Source of the DNA: Alphaproteobacteria bacterium
GTDB taxonomy: Bacteria > Pseudomonadota > Alphaproteobacteria > RF32 > CAG-239
Reading direction: 5' to 3'
Assembly (NCBI GenBank): GCA_047975765.1
Contig: JBKEEF010000004.1
Coordinates: 7,960 to 71,959 of the forward strand
Length of the DNA stretch: 64,000 bases
In this document: one piece after another, positions 39,036-49,784 of the stretch
Layout: each line of letters opens with the position of its first letter
Numbering within the stretch: the stretch's first letter is position 1
Position numbers and translations under genes: made by a program
The notes under the pieces: generated by a model
Databases searched by the model: none
What the model was told of the DNA's origin: nothing
Seen by the model: only the letters and a program-made list of their open reading frames with translations

Positions 39036-40228
39036 AGAAAAGATTTTCCTGTTTTGAATGGTTCTAATTTGAAATAGGCTGCAATTGTTTGAGCAATATC
39101 AGCAAAAGTGTCACGTTGTCCGATATCTTGAATTTTGACTTTATGACCAAACATAATTACAGGAACTTGTTCTCTAGTGTGATCTGTGCCAACATAAGAA
39201 GGGTCACAACCATGGTCAGCAGTGATGAAAACAAGGTCATCTTCTTTGAGCAAAGGTTCAATTTCAGGAAGACGTTTGTCAAAATATTCCAGGCCTTTCG
39301 CATAACCTTCGACATATCTTCTGTGCCCCCACATCATGTCAAAATCCACAAAATTTGTGAAGATAATAGAGTTGTCTGGAGCTGTTTTGACTTCTTCTAA
39401 AGTCACATCCCAAAGTTCTTCCAAGCCACTTGCTTTGCGCGCTTTAGTGATTCCACAGTTGGCATAAATATCAGCAATTTTGCCAATGGAAATAACATTG
39501 CCACCACTGTCTTTGAGTTTATCCAAAACCGTCGGAGCAGGTGGGGTAACAGAATAATCATGACGATTTTTGGTGCGAACAAATTCACCTTTCTTTTCAC
39601 CAGAAAAAGGACGAGCAATAATACGTGCCACATTATATGGTTTTGCAAGTTCAAAAGTGATTTCACAAAGTTTGTAGAGATTTTCTAGCCCGAATTTTTC
39701 TTCATGAACAGCAATTTGAATCACACTATCTGCAGAAGTATAGAAAATTGGCTTTCCAGTTTTGAGATGTTCTTCACCTAGTTCATTTATGATTTCTGTT
39801 CCTGAAGCTGCTTTGTTGCCCAAAATACCTTCAATATTAGCTTGTTTGCAAATTTTATTTACCAAGCTTTCAGGAAAAGAAGGAAATTCTTTTGGAAAAT
39901 AGCCCCATTCCCTGAGAACAGGAACGCCAGCCATTTCCCAGTGGCCAGATGAAGTATCTTTTGCAACACTCAATTCGCTCATATGTCCAAATTTTGCAGG
40001 AAGCGTGATTCTTGGGGCTATATCTTGAACACCAAGAACAGGGTAAAGTCCACAAGCACCTTTTGCTGCTTGGGCTAGACCGAGTTTTTGTAAGTTTGGA
40101 ATTTGAAGTCCACCACTAAGATTAGCGATATGCCCGAAAGTGTTGGCTGTCAAATCTCCAAATTTTTCAGCATCTTTCGCACCACCAATACCAAAACTGT
40201 CCATCATCAAAATCACAACACGTCCCAT
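39032..40228 (-). CDS. deoB: Phosphopentomutase
   Basis: [50 protein letters not shown]. Confidence 0.96.
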   Translation of the reverse strand: MGRVVILMMDSFGIGGAKDAEKFGDLTANTFGHIANLSGGLQIPNLQKLGLAQAAKGACGLYPVLGVQDIAPRITLPAKFGHMSELSVAKDTSSGHWEMAGVPVLREWGYFPKEFPSFPESLVNKICKQANIEGILGNKAASGTEIINELGEEHLKTGKPIFYTSADSVIQIAVHEEKFGLENLYKLCEITFELAKPYNVARIIARPFSGEKKGEFVRTKNRHDYSVTPPAPTVLDKLKDSGGNVISIGKIADIYANCGITKARKASGLEELWDVTLEEVKTAPDNSIIFTNFVDFDMMWGHRRYVEGYAKGLEYFDKRLPEIEPLLKEDDLVFITADHGCDPSYVGTDHTREQVPVIMFGHKVKIQDIGQRDTFADIAQTIAAYFKLEPFKTGKSFL

Positions 40229-40260
40229 TTTTCTTCCTTTCTTTTTTCAAGTTTAATAAG

Positions 40261-40289
40261 ATTCTAATCGCGAGGCAGATAAATTTCAA
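40261..40289 (-). promoter_or_regulatory. Sigma70-type promoter of deoB
   Basis: TTGAAA-N17-TAGAAT on the minus strand. Confidence 0.6.
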
Positions 40290-40362
40290 GAGATATATTG
40301 CTTTTCTTGTTTGATTATTGTATGTTGTCGCAAGTTATTAATTATTATAAAATTTTTGTGGT

Positions 40363-40827
40363 ATGGGATTTGAACGAAACGTTTTTAATTCGGATTCAAG
40401 TATTAATGTTTTACCATATGATTGGACAGACATTAAAGACATTCTTAGAAAAGCGGACATCAGAACACTAGGTGAGTATATGGCTTTGGGTGAAGAAGGT
40501 TTGCGTAAAAGAAAAGTGAAACTTGGAATTATTAAGATGAAAAAAATTTCAGATTATCTTGAAGAAGAAGGTATGGATTTTTCTTCTTTTTATATTTCAA
40601 AATCTGAAACAGTTTCTCTTAGTGATAGCGTTTATGCTTTGTCCAAAAATTCAAATTATGGAATTAGGGTGAAGAATACGCTTTATGATAGTGGCGTAAA
40701 AACAATTGGCGATTTCCTTCAAAAAGGAGGAAAAGTTTTATTGGAAAAAAGGGTTGCCACTGAAAAGACATTGTCAAAAATGTTTCAAGAAGTTCATGAA
40801 AGATTAGAAAAAGAGGAAGTTTGTTAA
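40363..40827 (+). CDS. Orphan protein with two RNA polymerase alpha-CTD-like repeats
   Basis: ILRKADIRTLGEYMALGEEGL..KLG..KMKKISDYL and IRVKNTLYDSGVKTIGDFL resemble the alpha-CTD pattern R..N.L...GI.T.GDL. Confidence 0.6.
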   Translation: MGFERNVFNSDSSINVLPYDWTDIKDILRKADIRTLGEYMALGEEGLRKRKVKLGIIKMKKISDYLEEEGMDFSSFYISKSETVSLSDSVYALSKNSNYGIRVKNTLYDSGVKTIGDFLQKGGKVLLEKRVATEKTLSKMFQEVHERLEKEEVC

Positions 40828-40843
40828 AACTTCCTCTTTTTCT
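40806..40843. terminator. Bidirectional terminator overlapping the orphan stop codon
   Basis: AGAAAAAGAGGAAGTTT-GTTA-AAACTTCCTCTTTTTCT. Confidence 0.85.
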
Positions 40844-40858
40844 TTGGGAAAAAAATTA

Positions 40859-42172
40859 TTATTTTATTTCTTCCAAGATTGCTGATTTTGGTTTGACTTT
40901 CTTTGTGCCAAGGTGAACTAAAAGTTTGAGTTCTTCTTCGGCTTGTTTAAATTGCTCTTCTGTTTGAGCATGAATTGTTGCAATTGGCTTTCCTTTTGGA
41001 AGAGCATTTCCAATTTGGCAAAAATCACTATATCCTGTTGCAAAATCCAGTTTTTGGTCAGGGTGGCTTCGTCCACCTTTCATACCAACAATGCTCATAC
41101 CAATATGATATGTATCCATTTCTTCAATATAGCCTTCAACATTATCGAATACAGGACGGATGATTTTTGCTTTTGGTAAATAGGTTTCATATTTTTCAAC
41201 AAAATCAGTTGGTCCACCAAGAGCAGAAACCATCTTTGCAAAAATTTCTAATGCAGCACCAGAATCAATCGATTTTTGAAGTTTTTCTTTTGCTTCTTTT
41301 TCATTTTTAGCAAGTTTTGAGGCAACTAATAAATTTGCACAAAGTCCAAGTGTAATTTCGTGAAGTCTTGGGTCTACTTTTTCCCCTTTAAGATATTCAA
41401 TTGTTTCAGCAACTTCTAGAGCATTTCCAACATTGCGGCCAAGAACTTGATTCATATCTGTGATAATTGCTTGTGTTGGCATACCTGCACCAGTTCCCAC
41501 ACGAGCAATAGATTTTGCGAGTGTTCTTGCATCATCAATATTTTTCATAAATGCGCCATTGCCACATTTCAAGTCCATAACCAAATGTTGAAGACCAGCC
41601 GCTAATTTTTTAGAAGTGATAGACGCTGTAATTAATGGAATTGATTCAACTGTTCCGCAAACATCACGGATGGCATAAATCTTTTTATCAGCAGGTGCAA
41701 GATTGCCAGTTTGTCCAATAATGGCACAGCCAATTTCTTTGACAACTTGTTTGAATTTTTCATTATCAGGAAGTGTATTATAGTTTGGAATAGCTTCCAA
41801 TTTGTCAACAGTTCCTCCTGTGTGACCAAGTCCACGCCCCGCAATCATTGGAACATATCCACCGCATGCAGCAAGCATTGGCGCAAGCATAAGACTCACT
41901 TTGTCGCCGACACCACCAGATGAATGTTTGTCAATAATAGGTCTGTCCGAGAGGTCTGACCAATTCATAATATCTCCAGAATCTCTCATTGCTAGTGCAA
42001 GGTTGACAGTTTCGTCATCATTAAAGCCATTGATGAAAATTGCCATTGTCAAAGCAGCAACTTGGCTGTCTGCAATATCACCAGAAGTGATTCCTTTAAT
42101 GAAAAAATCAATTTCTTCTTTTTTTAGAGCATTTTTATTTCTTTTGTTGATAATAACTTCTTGAGGAAACAT
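40859..42172 (-). CDS. deoA: Thymidine phosphorylase
   Basis: DKHSSGGVGDKVS, GRGLGHTGGTVDKLE, APADKKIYAIRDV, SKKLAAG, DMNQ. Confidence 0.96.
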   Translation of the reverse strand: MFPQEVIINKRNKNALKKEEIDFFIKGITSGDIADSQVAALTMAIFINGFNDDETVNLALAMRDSGDIMNWSDLSDRPIIDKHSSGGVGDKVSLMLAPMLAACGGYVPMIAGRGLGHTGGTVDKLEAIPNYNTLPDNEKFKQVVKEIGCAIIGQTGNLAPADKKIYAIRDVCGTVESIPLITASITSKKLAAGLQHLVMDLKCGNGAFMKNIDDARTLAKSIARVGTGAGMPTQAIITDMNQVLGRNVGNALEVAETIEYLKGEKVDPRLHEITLGLCANLLVASKLAKNEKEAKEKLQKSIDSGAALEIFAKMVSALGGPTDFVEKYETYLPKAKIIRPVFDNVEGYIEEMDTYHIGMSIVGMKGGRSHPDQKLDFATGYSDFCQIGNALPKGKPIATIHAQTEEQFKQAEEELKLLVHLGTKKVKPKSAILEEIK

Positions 42173-42175
42173 TTT

Positions 42176-42913
42176 TTATACTCCTGTCTCAATGGTTTTG
42201 ATAAGGTCATCCAAGACAGAACTTGCCCCAAGTCTTAAATTTTTAGGTGAAATCCATCTTGTTCCCATAATAGAATTAGCAAGGATGAGATATTTTTTTG
42301 CATCATAAGCAGTCTTTATCCCGCCACTTGCTTTGAAGCCAACTGGTTTTTTGCCAGAAAGAATAGTTTCTAAGATAAGATTAGCAACTTCGGGAGTGGC
42401 TGAAACTTCTGTTTTTCCTGTCGATGTCTTGATAAAGCTAACTCCAGCATCAATACACATTTTACAAGCACTGGTGATGAGCGAATTTTTCTTCAATTCT
42501 CCAGTTTCTAAAATTATTTTTGAAGTGTGTTTTTTACCACATTCTTCTGTAATCATTTTTAAGAAATCTTGGCAAAAGCTAATGTCTCCTGCCATAAATT
42601 TTTGGTATGGGAAAACGGCATCAATTTCGTCTGCTCCAAAATTGATGGCTTTTTTAATTTCTTTTTGAACTTCTTCAAGACTTGAATTTCCTTCTGGAAA
42701 ATTGACAACCGTTGCCGTTTTAATGTTAGTTCCTTTGAGATATTCAATGGCAAAAGGGATAAAACGAGGGTAAACACAAACCGCAGCAACATTGCCGTAA
42801 GGTGTTGTTGCCCTTTTGCATAAAGCTTCAATTCTTGCTTCGTTATCATCTTTGTTCAGAGACGTTAAATCAAGAAGTCGAATTGCAAGTTTGGCAGCAG
42901 TAATATCGTCCAT
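42176..42913 (-). CDS. deoC: Deoxyribose-phosphate aldolase
   Basis: LDLTSL, AAVCVYP, ATVVNFP, GADEID, FIKTSTGK, GFKASGG. Confidence 0.96.
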   Translation of the reverse strand: MDDITAAKLAIRLLDLTSLNKDDNEARIEALCKRATTPYGNVAAVCVYPRFIPFAIEYLKGTNIKTATVVNFPEGNSSLEEVQKEIKKAINFGADEIDAVFPYQKFMAGDISFCQDFLKMITEECGKKHTSKIILETGELKKNSLITSACKMCIDAGVSFIKTSTGKTEVSATPEVANLILETILSGKKPVGFKASGGIKTAYDAKKYLILANSIMGTRWISPKNLRLGASSVLDDLIKTIETGV

Positions 42914-42915
42914 TT

Positions 42916-43722
42916 TTAGATTTCCTTAAAGCAAGACTTGAGAAGTTTGATGAGGTTTTGAGAAGCTTTTTGACCTTCTGAAATCGTTTCATTATGGCTT
43001 TGTGCTTGTTTTTGTAAGCCTGTTCCTAAATTTGTAATCACGGAAAATCCAAGAACTTTCATTCCAGAATGAACCGCAGAAAGAACTTCAGGGACAGTTG
43101 ACATTCCAACAGCATCAGCACCCAAAACTTTGAAAGCTCTGATTTCGGCAGCCGTTTCAAAGTTTGGTCCTAAAACCATAAGGTAAACCCCTTCATAAAG
43201 TTTGATACCTTCTTTTTGAGCAATCTCTTTTGCTTTTGCACGAATGTCTCGGTCATAAGCATTACTTACATCAGGAAATCTTGGTCCTAAACCGTCATTA
43301 TTCACACCAATAAGAGGGTTCTTACCACTGAAGTTGATGTGGTCAGAAATCATCATAATACTTCCTGCTGGCATATCTAAATTGAGAGAACCAGCGGCAT
43401 TGGTCACAATGAGTTTTTCAATGCCAAGTTTTTTGAAAGATTTAATGATTAGATCAATTTTTTGAGGTTCATGTCCTTCGTAAAGGTGAATTCTGCCTTG
43501 CATGCAAAGAACTTCTTTACCTTCAAAAGTTCCTATAATTAGTTTTCCTGCGTGTCCACTAACAGTACTTCTCGGAAAGCCTTCAATATCTTCATATTTT
43601 ATGGTGACTGCATTTTCGATTTCTTCACCAATTTGTCCTAATCCACTTCCAAGAATAATGGCAATTTTTGGTTTTCTATTTCCAATTTTGGCTTGAATTT
43701 GTGAGGTAATTTTTTCAATCAT
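42916..43722 (-). CDS. punA: Purine-nucleoside phosphorylase (trimeric PunA/XapA type)
   Basis: IILGSGLG, GHAG, GRIHLYEG, TNAAG, GPNFETAAE, VGMSTVPE. Confidence 0.93.
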   Translation of the reverse strand: MIEKITSQIQAKIGNRKPKIAIILGSGLGQIGEEIENAVTIKYEDIEGFPRSTVSGHAGKLIIGTFEGKEVLCMQGRIHLYEGHEPQKIDLIIKSFKKLGIEKLIVTNAAGSLNLDMPAGSIMMISDHINFSGKNPLIGVNNDGLGPRFPDVSNAYDRDIRAKAKEIAQKEGIKLYEGVYLMVLGPNFETAAEIRAFKVLGADAVGMSTVPEVLSAVHSGMKVLGFSVITNLGTGLQKQAQSHNETISEGQKASQNLIKLLKSCFKEI

Positions 43723-44120
43723 AAACGAAGCTCCTTTTCGTCAAAAGCAAGAGGGAGAAAATCTGAAATTTTGAGAGATTTTTGAATGCCAGAATGGTTG
43801 GCAAGATGAATGATTGTTTCTTCATCTGAAAATTCTTTAATTCTTTGCAAACAAGCTCCGCACGGTGAAATGAGGCTGTTGCTATCAGCAATGATTAGAA
43901 TTTCTAAAATTTTACTTCCACCATTTGCAATCATTTCCGAAATAACACCAGCTTCAGCACACGTTCCACAAGGAAAAGATACATTTTCGACATTACAAGA
44001 AGCATAGTATTCTTGATTGTTGGCATAAATGGCAGCTCCAACTTTGAACTTTGAATAAGGTGAATAGGCGTTTTTTCTAGCATTTTCGGCCAAATTAAAC
44101 AATTTTTCCGCGATTTTCAT
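43719..44120 (-). CDS. cdd: Cytidine deaminase (homotetrameric)
   Basis: AYSPYSKFKVGAA, NVEN, CAE, PCGAC. Confidence 0.95.
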   Translation of the reverse strand: MKIAEKLFNLAENARKNAYSPYSKFKVGAAIYANNQEYYASCNVENVSFPCGTCAEAGVISEMIANGGSKILEILIIADSNSLISPCGACLQRIKEFSDEETIIHLANHSGIQKSLKISDFLPLAFDEKELRL

Positions 44121-44229
44121 AATTGCTTTTTTTCCTTAAAAGTTTTATTAATGAATTATGTTTTATAATATATTGATTAATATATGATTTAGCAAAGATT
44201 ATTTTGAGTCTTTACAAAGGAGAGAGAAC

Positions 44230-47200
44230 TTGAAAAAAGTTATTTTAGCAGTTATTGGAGCTTTAGTTATTGGAGCTGCGTCATTTTTTCTATATGTTTC
44301 CATGATAGACTGGAATTTACATAAAGATAAAATTGCTAATCAGTTTTCAAATGTCACTGGCAAAAAGGTCGTTTTTAGCGGTCCAGTGAGTTTTAATGTA
44401 TTTCCTTCTCCTTATTTGACGGCTTCAAATGTCAAAATATATAATGATTCAGCAGATATGTCTGCACCACCACTTGCTACAATTAATGAACTTGTTGCTG
44501 AACTTTCTCTCTTTCCTCTGTTACATGGCAATTTTGATGTCAAAAAAATGTTTCTTCGCGAACCAGAAATGTTTGTTGAAGTTTTACCTGAAGGAAAAAT
44601 CAACTGGCAAAGCAATCTTCCTGTGAATTATGATGCTCCAAAAGAAAGAATTGAAGTTGCTTTAGATAGTGTGATGATCGAAAAAGCAAAACTTAATATT
44701 GTTTCAAAAGAGCTCGGACTTAATCTTTCTTTTGATAATTTGAATGCTGAAATTATTGCAGATAGTATTTTTGGTCCATACCGTATTGAGGGAAGTTATA
44801 TTAATGATAATAACCCAGAAGGTTTTGCACTTTCACTTGGGCAGTTTTCAGAAAGTTTTGCTACCTCTCTCAATTTTGTTATTCGTCACCCAAAATCCGA
44901 TTCATACCTACGTTTTGATGGTTCATTTTTCCTTAAAAATAGTGCTGTTAATGGAAGTGTTGTTGTTGAATCTGCACGTTTGACAGATTTTGTAAATTCA
45001 TATTTCCCTCGTTTTACATTTGATAAAAAATATGAGTTTCCTTTGGCAATGTCAATGGAAGTCAACACGAATCGTACAAAGATTGATGTTTCGAACTTTG
45101 TTGTGAAATATGGTGGTACGGCTGGTGCTGGAAATATTTTAATTCCGCTTAAGGCAGATGAATTTAATACAAATGATAGTGAAACGGTTGAGAGAAAGAA
45201 AGTTGAAGTCGCTTTCAATATGACAGATTTAGATTTAAATCCATTTATTATGGCAATTAACGACAGTTACAAAGATTCAAAAGATTATAAATTGGATTTA
45301 GGTTATGATATTCTTTTCGATTTGAAATCTGTTAAAACAGTTTATAAAGACCAAAATATCAGAGATTTTGTTTTGAGTTTTGATCTCCTTGATAAGTCGC
45401 TCAATCTTCATTCTCTTGGTGGCATATTCCCTGGCGAAACAACACTGACAACACAAGGAAATATTTTTTCCAAAGATGAAAAGCTTTCTTATAATTTTGA
45501 TATCACAGCAAATAGTTTGGATTTTCTAAAACTTTCTTCTTGGTTGGGATATAATTTGCCAGCAGTTAACAACACAACTTACAGAAATTTTGAAATTTCT
45601 ACAGGAGTTTCAGGAAACAATGAAGTGACTAAAATTGCTCCTTTGAAGGTTAAGGTAGATAAAACAAATTTCAGTGGAGAGATGGGAATTGTTTGGGGTG
45701 ATAGACCAAATATTTATGCAAATATGGATATTGATGCTATAAATTTTGATAATTATTTTGAAAAAATCCCTGATGAAGTTTCTGCAAAAGGTTGGGGAGA
45801 GACATTTAAATATGCAGCTTCAAAACTGGGTATAATAAACGATTATGAGATAAAATTTGACACAAACTTATTGCTCGGAATTTATAATTCTGTACCATTT
45901 GAAAATACTGAAATTGCTTTCTCCGCTGATAAAGGTGTTGTGAATTTGGAAAAATTGAATATCACAAGTGTAAAAAATTCCACAATGGATTTTACTGGAA
46001 CTTTACAAGGTTTTGGCACAAGCAATCCATCTTTTTCAAATATTAAATATAATGTGTCAACACAAGACTTTTATTCTCTTTTTTCAAATGACAATCTTCC
46101 AACATTTATGAAACAGGCGAATGATTTCAAAAAGTTTGAAGCAAAAGGAATCATTACTGGTAATTTTGATAAATATGTGACTAAAACAGTTTTCAAACTA
46201 GATGATATTAATGCTGTCTATTCTGGTGAAGTTAGTAAAATCAATAATGAACAAGCTTTTAATGGGAAACTTGACCTTAGAACGCCAGATTTTGTTAAGT
46301 TTGTAAATAAGTTTGGCGTGAATTATGCTCCAACAGCTCTTTCTATGGGCGTTTTGAGAATTGGCACAAATATTTCAGGTAGTGACAAGAAGTTTTCGCT
46401 AAAAGATATGGAGCTTTTCATTGGTCCAAACACATTTAAAGGAAGCTTAGATTATAGCAAAGTTGAGGACAAAAATAATATATCCTTTGATTTGGCAATT
46501 AATCGTTTTGAGCTAGATAGGTTTTTCTATAATAAGGGTGCACAAGCAAATTCTGGTGCGAAATTTTCAGTTGAAAATGCAGCAGGTGCAGATTTCTTGA
46601 CAAAGCCATTTTGGGATAAAACGGCTTATGATTATACACCTTTCCAAAAATATACAATCAACGGCAAAGTTGCGGTTGAAACTTTGACTTATGGAAGTGA
46701 AGATATTTCTGGTGCGACATTTGCTTTGTCTCTTGATAATCAATTGCTTCGTATTCAAAACTTGAGTGGTAAATACCACAATGGAGCGATTACTTCAGCA
46801 TTGATTGAGCTTGGGATGTTTGGTTCTACTTATATTAAAGGAGATATCAATTTAGCCAATTCTACACTTGATTCGAAATATTTTTCAGGTTTGAAATATG
46901 GGTTGTTGTCAGGTTCATTAAATATGAATGCTGTCTTTAACACAGCTGCTACTTCATTCTTTGATATGATGACTAATTTAACAGGTGAAATTAAATTTAA
47001 TATTTCTAACCCTGTGTTGAAGGGATGGGATTTAGATGAAATTGAAATTGATTTAGAAAAAAGAACTGTGTCAGAAGGATTGACAGCATTCTTGCAAGCA
47101 AATTTACAGACTGGAAAAACAGAGTTTGATGATTTTTCAGGTAGGGTCACTTTTAATATGGCAGCCTTTCAATTTTTTGAAACAAAATTTTCTAAGGATA

Positions 47201-48462
47201 ATGTTGGCGTTGGCGTTGTGGCAAATGGAGATATTGGTTTGTGGGACATGAAAACAAACTATGTCGCAGATTATTTTAATACAAAATCAAAATTCAAACT
47301 CAATTATAGTTTGTCTGGTCCAATTTCGACACCAAGTTTGTTTGTTGATGCTACAAATATTGCTGCTATCTATGACAATAAAAACAGGCAAATTGCAGAA
47401 GAACAAAAGGAAAAAGCAAAACGCAGAAGTGAGAATTTGATTTTTGAAGTAGATAAAGAAAGAGAAAGAAGTGCTATTCTTAATCGTAAGATTGATGAGA
47501 AAATTCGTTTTATTATGGGACGTTTAGAATCGGTCACAAATGAAACAGTTAAACAAGAATATTCTCAGATTATGCACTCTCTACAAGTTCAAGAATCTGA
47601 AATCGCGGGAATGCTTGGTGAAACCCAAAATCCGCAAAATCTGGATTTGAATGAAGACTATATAAAAAATATGAACCGCAAAAATGATAATTATGAAAAA
47701 ACAGTTTCTGATCTTTTGGTGGGGGTTGATGGAATTTATTATAGAGATATTAAAGAGGCTCTAAATTCCAAATATAACTCACTTGCTGATAAGTATGGTC
47801 GCAGTCGTCAGAATGTTGTGAAGTATCGTGATGAATTTGTAAAATATCCCGTAAGAATGGCAGTAATGGGTAAAGTTTTTGTTTTGGATAATGATGCAAA
47901 AATCACCGAACTTAAATCTAAAATTGAAAGCGGTTTTTCAGCAATGGATAATATTAACACAGAGGCAAGTCAGGAATATATTGTTGCTCAAGCTTTGAAC
48001 AATCTAGATGAAATTAAGGCTTATGATGCTCAAGTTGATCGCTCATTGGTGGAAGTTGATGCTCGTGCAAAAGAAATTGACGAAACAATTGTTGAGCTAA
48101 ACGAATATACAGAGGCACTCGTGACAGCTCAAGAAGAAGCTTATGATGCTCAAGTTAAAGATACAGAAGTTAAAAATAAACTTGATGCAAACAAAGGGTC
48201 GATTTCTGCAAATGGAAAAGTGACAACTTTAGTCCGCGATATCAGCGAAATAAAAAAGTCTGAAGAGGCTGTTGCTGGAGAGGGTGTGAAGGTTCTTGAT
48301 TTCTCTAAAATTGACTCTAAGGTTGAGGAGGTGAAACCTGCTCAAAAAGTCATTTCTAGAGAAGAGGTTAATAGAATTATCACAGAAAAAACAGAAGGTA
48401 TTTTGAGCAAAAAAGAGGGCTCTGAAAAATCTTCTGTTAGTGGTGTTATTATCAAGAAATAA
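44230..48462 (+). CDS. AsmA-family protein with C-terminal coiled-coil region
   Basis: N-terminal TM, DWN..K..I...TG...GPVSF..FPSP AsmA start, G.T.F motif, helical tail; 1410 aa. Confidence 0.8.
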   Translation: MKKVILAVIGALVIGAASFFLYVSMIDWNLHKDKIANQFSNVTGKKVVFSGPVSFNVFPSPYLTASNVKIYNDSADMSAPPLATINELVAELSLFPLLHGNFDVKKMFLREPEMFVEVLPEGKINWQSNLPVNYDAPKERIEVALDSVMIEKAKLNIVSKELGLNLSFDNLNAEIIADSIFGPYRIEGSYINDNNPEGFALSLGQFSESFATSLNFVIRHPKSDSYLRFDGSFFLKNSAVNGSVVVESARLTDFVNSYFPRFTFDKKYEFPLAMSMEVNTNRTKIDVSNFVVKYGGTAGAGNILIPLKADEFNTNDSETVERKKVEVAFNMTDLDLNPFIMAINDSYKDSKDYKLDLGYDILFDLKSVKTVYKDQNIRDFVLSFDLLDKSLNLHSLGGIFPGETTLTTQGNIFSKDEKLSYNFDITANSLDFLKLSSWLGYNLPAVNNTTYRNFEISTGVSGNNEVTKIAPLKVKVDKTNFSGEMGIVWGDRPNIYANMDIDAINFDNYFEKIPDEVSAKGWGETFKYAASKLGIINDYEIKFDTNLLLGIYNSVPFENTEIAFSADKGVVNLEKLNITSVKNSTMDFTGTLQGFGTSNPSFSNIKYNVSTQDFYSLFSNDNLPTFMKQANDFKKFEAKGIITGNFDKYVTKTVFKLDDINAVYSGEVSKINNEQAFNGKLDLRTPDFVKFVNKFGVNYAPTALSMGVLRIGTNISGSDKKFSLKDMELFIGPNTFKGSLDYSKVEDKNNISFDLAINRFELDRFFYNKGAQANSGAKFSVENAAGADFLTKPFWDKTAYDYTPFQKYTINGKVAVETLTYGSEDISGATFALSLDNQLLRIQNLSGKYHNGAITSALIELGMFGSTYIKGDINLANSTLDSKYFSGLKYGLLSGSLNMNAVFNTAATSFFDMMTNLTGEIKFNISNPVLKGWDLDEIEIDLEKRTVSEGLTAFLQANLQTGKTEFDDFSGRVTFNMAAFQFFETKFSKDNVGVGVVANGDIGLWDMKTNYVADYFNTKSKFKLNYSLSGPISTPSLFVDATNIAAIYDNKNRQIAEEQKEKAKRRSENLIFEVDKERERSAILNRKIDEKIRFIMGRLESVTNETVKQEYSQIMHSLQVQESEIAGMLGETQNPQNLDLNEDYIKNMNRKNDNYEKTVSDLLVGVDGIYYRDIKEALNSKYNSLADKYGRSRQNVVKYRDEFVKYPVRMAVMGKVFVLDNDAKITELKSKIESGFSAMDNINTEASQEYIVAQALNNLDEIKAYDAQVDRSLVEVDARAKEIDETIVELNEYTEALVTAQEEAYDAQVKDTEVKNKLDANKGSISANGKVTTLVRDISEIKKSEEAVAGEGVKVLDFSKIDSKVEEVKPAQKVISREEVNRIITEKTEGILSKKEGSEKSSVSGVIIKK

Positions 48463-48533
48463 CTCTTGAGAATAAATCCTTTTATGATATAAGACTTCTA
48501 TAACAATTGTATTATTAATAGGAGTTTTATATC

Positions 48534-49427
48534 ATGAAAAAGAGACCAGAGGTTTGCATTCTTCCTGTTGCCGGACTTTCTACTAGAAATCTTCCGTCTA
48601 CCAAAGCTCTCCACAAAGGTTTTTTAACACTTAACAGCAAACCAATAATTCAATATGCGGTTGATGCTTGTGCCGAAATTGGCGTCAAAGAAATTGTGTT
48701 CATTTATAGTGACCAATCTTGTAAACATCTTTTTGAAACTCACTATTCCAAAAATGAATGGTTGGAAGAACATCTTCTCGAAAAAAATAAATTAGATATC
48801 TTAAAAACATTGCGTGAAATTGTCCCTGAAGGTATGAAGTTTTCTTTTGCTGAGCAAAAAGAACCAAAAGGAAATGGTCATGCTGTTTTAATGGCGAAAG
48901 AAATTGTTGGGGATAGAGATTTTATCGTGATGTGGCCAGATGATGTTTATGTGGCTAAAAAAGGTTCTGAAGGTATTTTGAAACAACTTCTTCATGTTTA
49001 TGATGAGTTTGGTGGTGTTGTTCAAAATACTGGTGTGTTTCCTGATAGTGAAATTGTTCGTTATGGTGTTTTAGAAGGTGCAAGAAGAGAAGGTAATATC
49101 ATTCATGCGAATGGTTTGATTGAAAAGCCGGCTGCTGATAAAATTCCATCAAACTTTGGCGTGTTGGGACCATACTTGTTGCCAAATGAAATTATGAAAA
49201 TTTTGCCTGAAGTTTCTAAAGGAACAAATGGAGAAATCAATCTTGCAGATGCTATTGGTTTAGCTGCCAAACGTGGTATGAAAATGACAGGTGTTATTTG
49301 TGATGCAATGCGCATGGATTGTGGTACAAATGAGGAACTTGCAAAGGCAAATATTAAGTTGTCTCTCATTCAGAATGAAGATTTGCGTCATTATGCAAAA
49401 GAACTTTTGAAAGAGTTAGAAGCGTAA
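48534..49427 (+). CDS. galU: UTP--glucose-1-phosphate uridylyltransferase
   Basis: PVAGLSTRNLPSTK, QKEPKGNGHAV, IEKP, GEINLADAI, DCG. Confidence 0.85.
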   Translation: MKKRPEVCILPVAGLSTRNLPSTKALHKGFLTLNSKPIIQYAVDACAEIGVKEIVFIYSDQSCKHLFETHYSKNEWLEEHLLEKNKLDILKTLREIVPEGMKFSFAEQKEPKGNGHAVLMAKEIVGDRDFIVMWPDDVYVAKKGSEGILKQLLHVYDEFGGVVQNTGVFPDSEIVRYGVLEGARREGNIIHANGLIEKPAADKIPSNFGVLGPYLLPNEIMKILPEVSKGTNGEINLADAIGLAAKRGMKMTGVICDAMRMDCGTNEELAKANIKLSLIQNEDLRHYAKELLKELEA

Positions 49428-49429
49428 TT

Positions 49430-49738
49430 ATGTTTCAAGTCGTTTTAACAACAGCCAAAGATAAAATTGAAGCTGAAGTTATTGCTAAGACTTTATTGGA
49501 AGAAAAGTTGTGTGCTTGCATACAACTTTTTCCAATTTCAAGTTACTATCATTGGGAAGGTAAATTTGAAAATTCGTCAGAGCTTTTGCTTTTGATAAAA
49601 ACTAGAAAAGAGTTGTATTCTGAAGTCGAGAAACGAATTTTGGAACTTCATTCTTATGATGTTCCTGAAATTATCTCTTTACCAATTGAAAATGGTTTTT
49701 CTGGTTATTTAGATTGGATTAAAAAAGAAACAAAATAA
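49430..49738 (+). CDS. cutA: Divalent-cation tolerance protein CutA
   Basis: LCACIQ, SYYHWEG, LLIKT, HSYDVPEII, YLDWI. Confidence 0.93.
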   Translation: MFQVVLTTAKDKIEAEVIAKTLLEEKLCACIQLFPISSYYHWEGKFENSSELLLLIKTRKELYSEVEKRILELHSYDVPEIISLPIENGFSGYLDWIKKETK

Positions 49739-49769
49739 AAAGGTTTGTTCTAATGAACAAACCTTTTTT
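49737..49769. terminator. Bidirectional intrinsic terminator
   Basis: AAAAAGGTTTGTTC-TAAT-GAACAAACC-T6. Confidence 0.85.
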
Positions 49770-49784
49770 GTAATCTGCGAGAAA

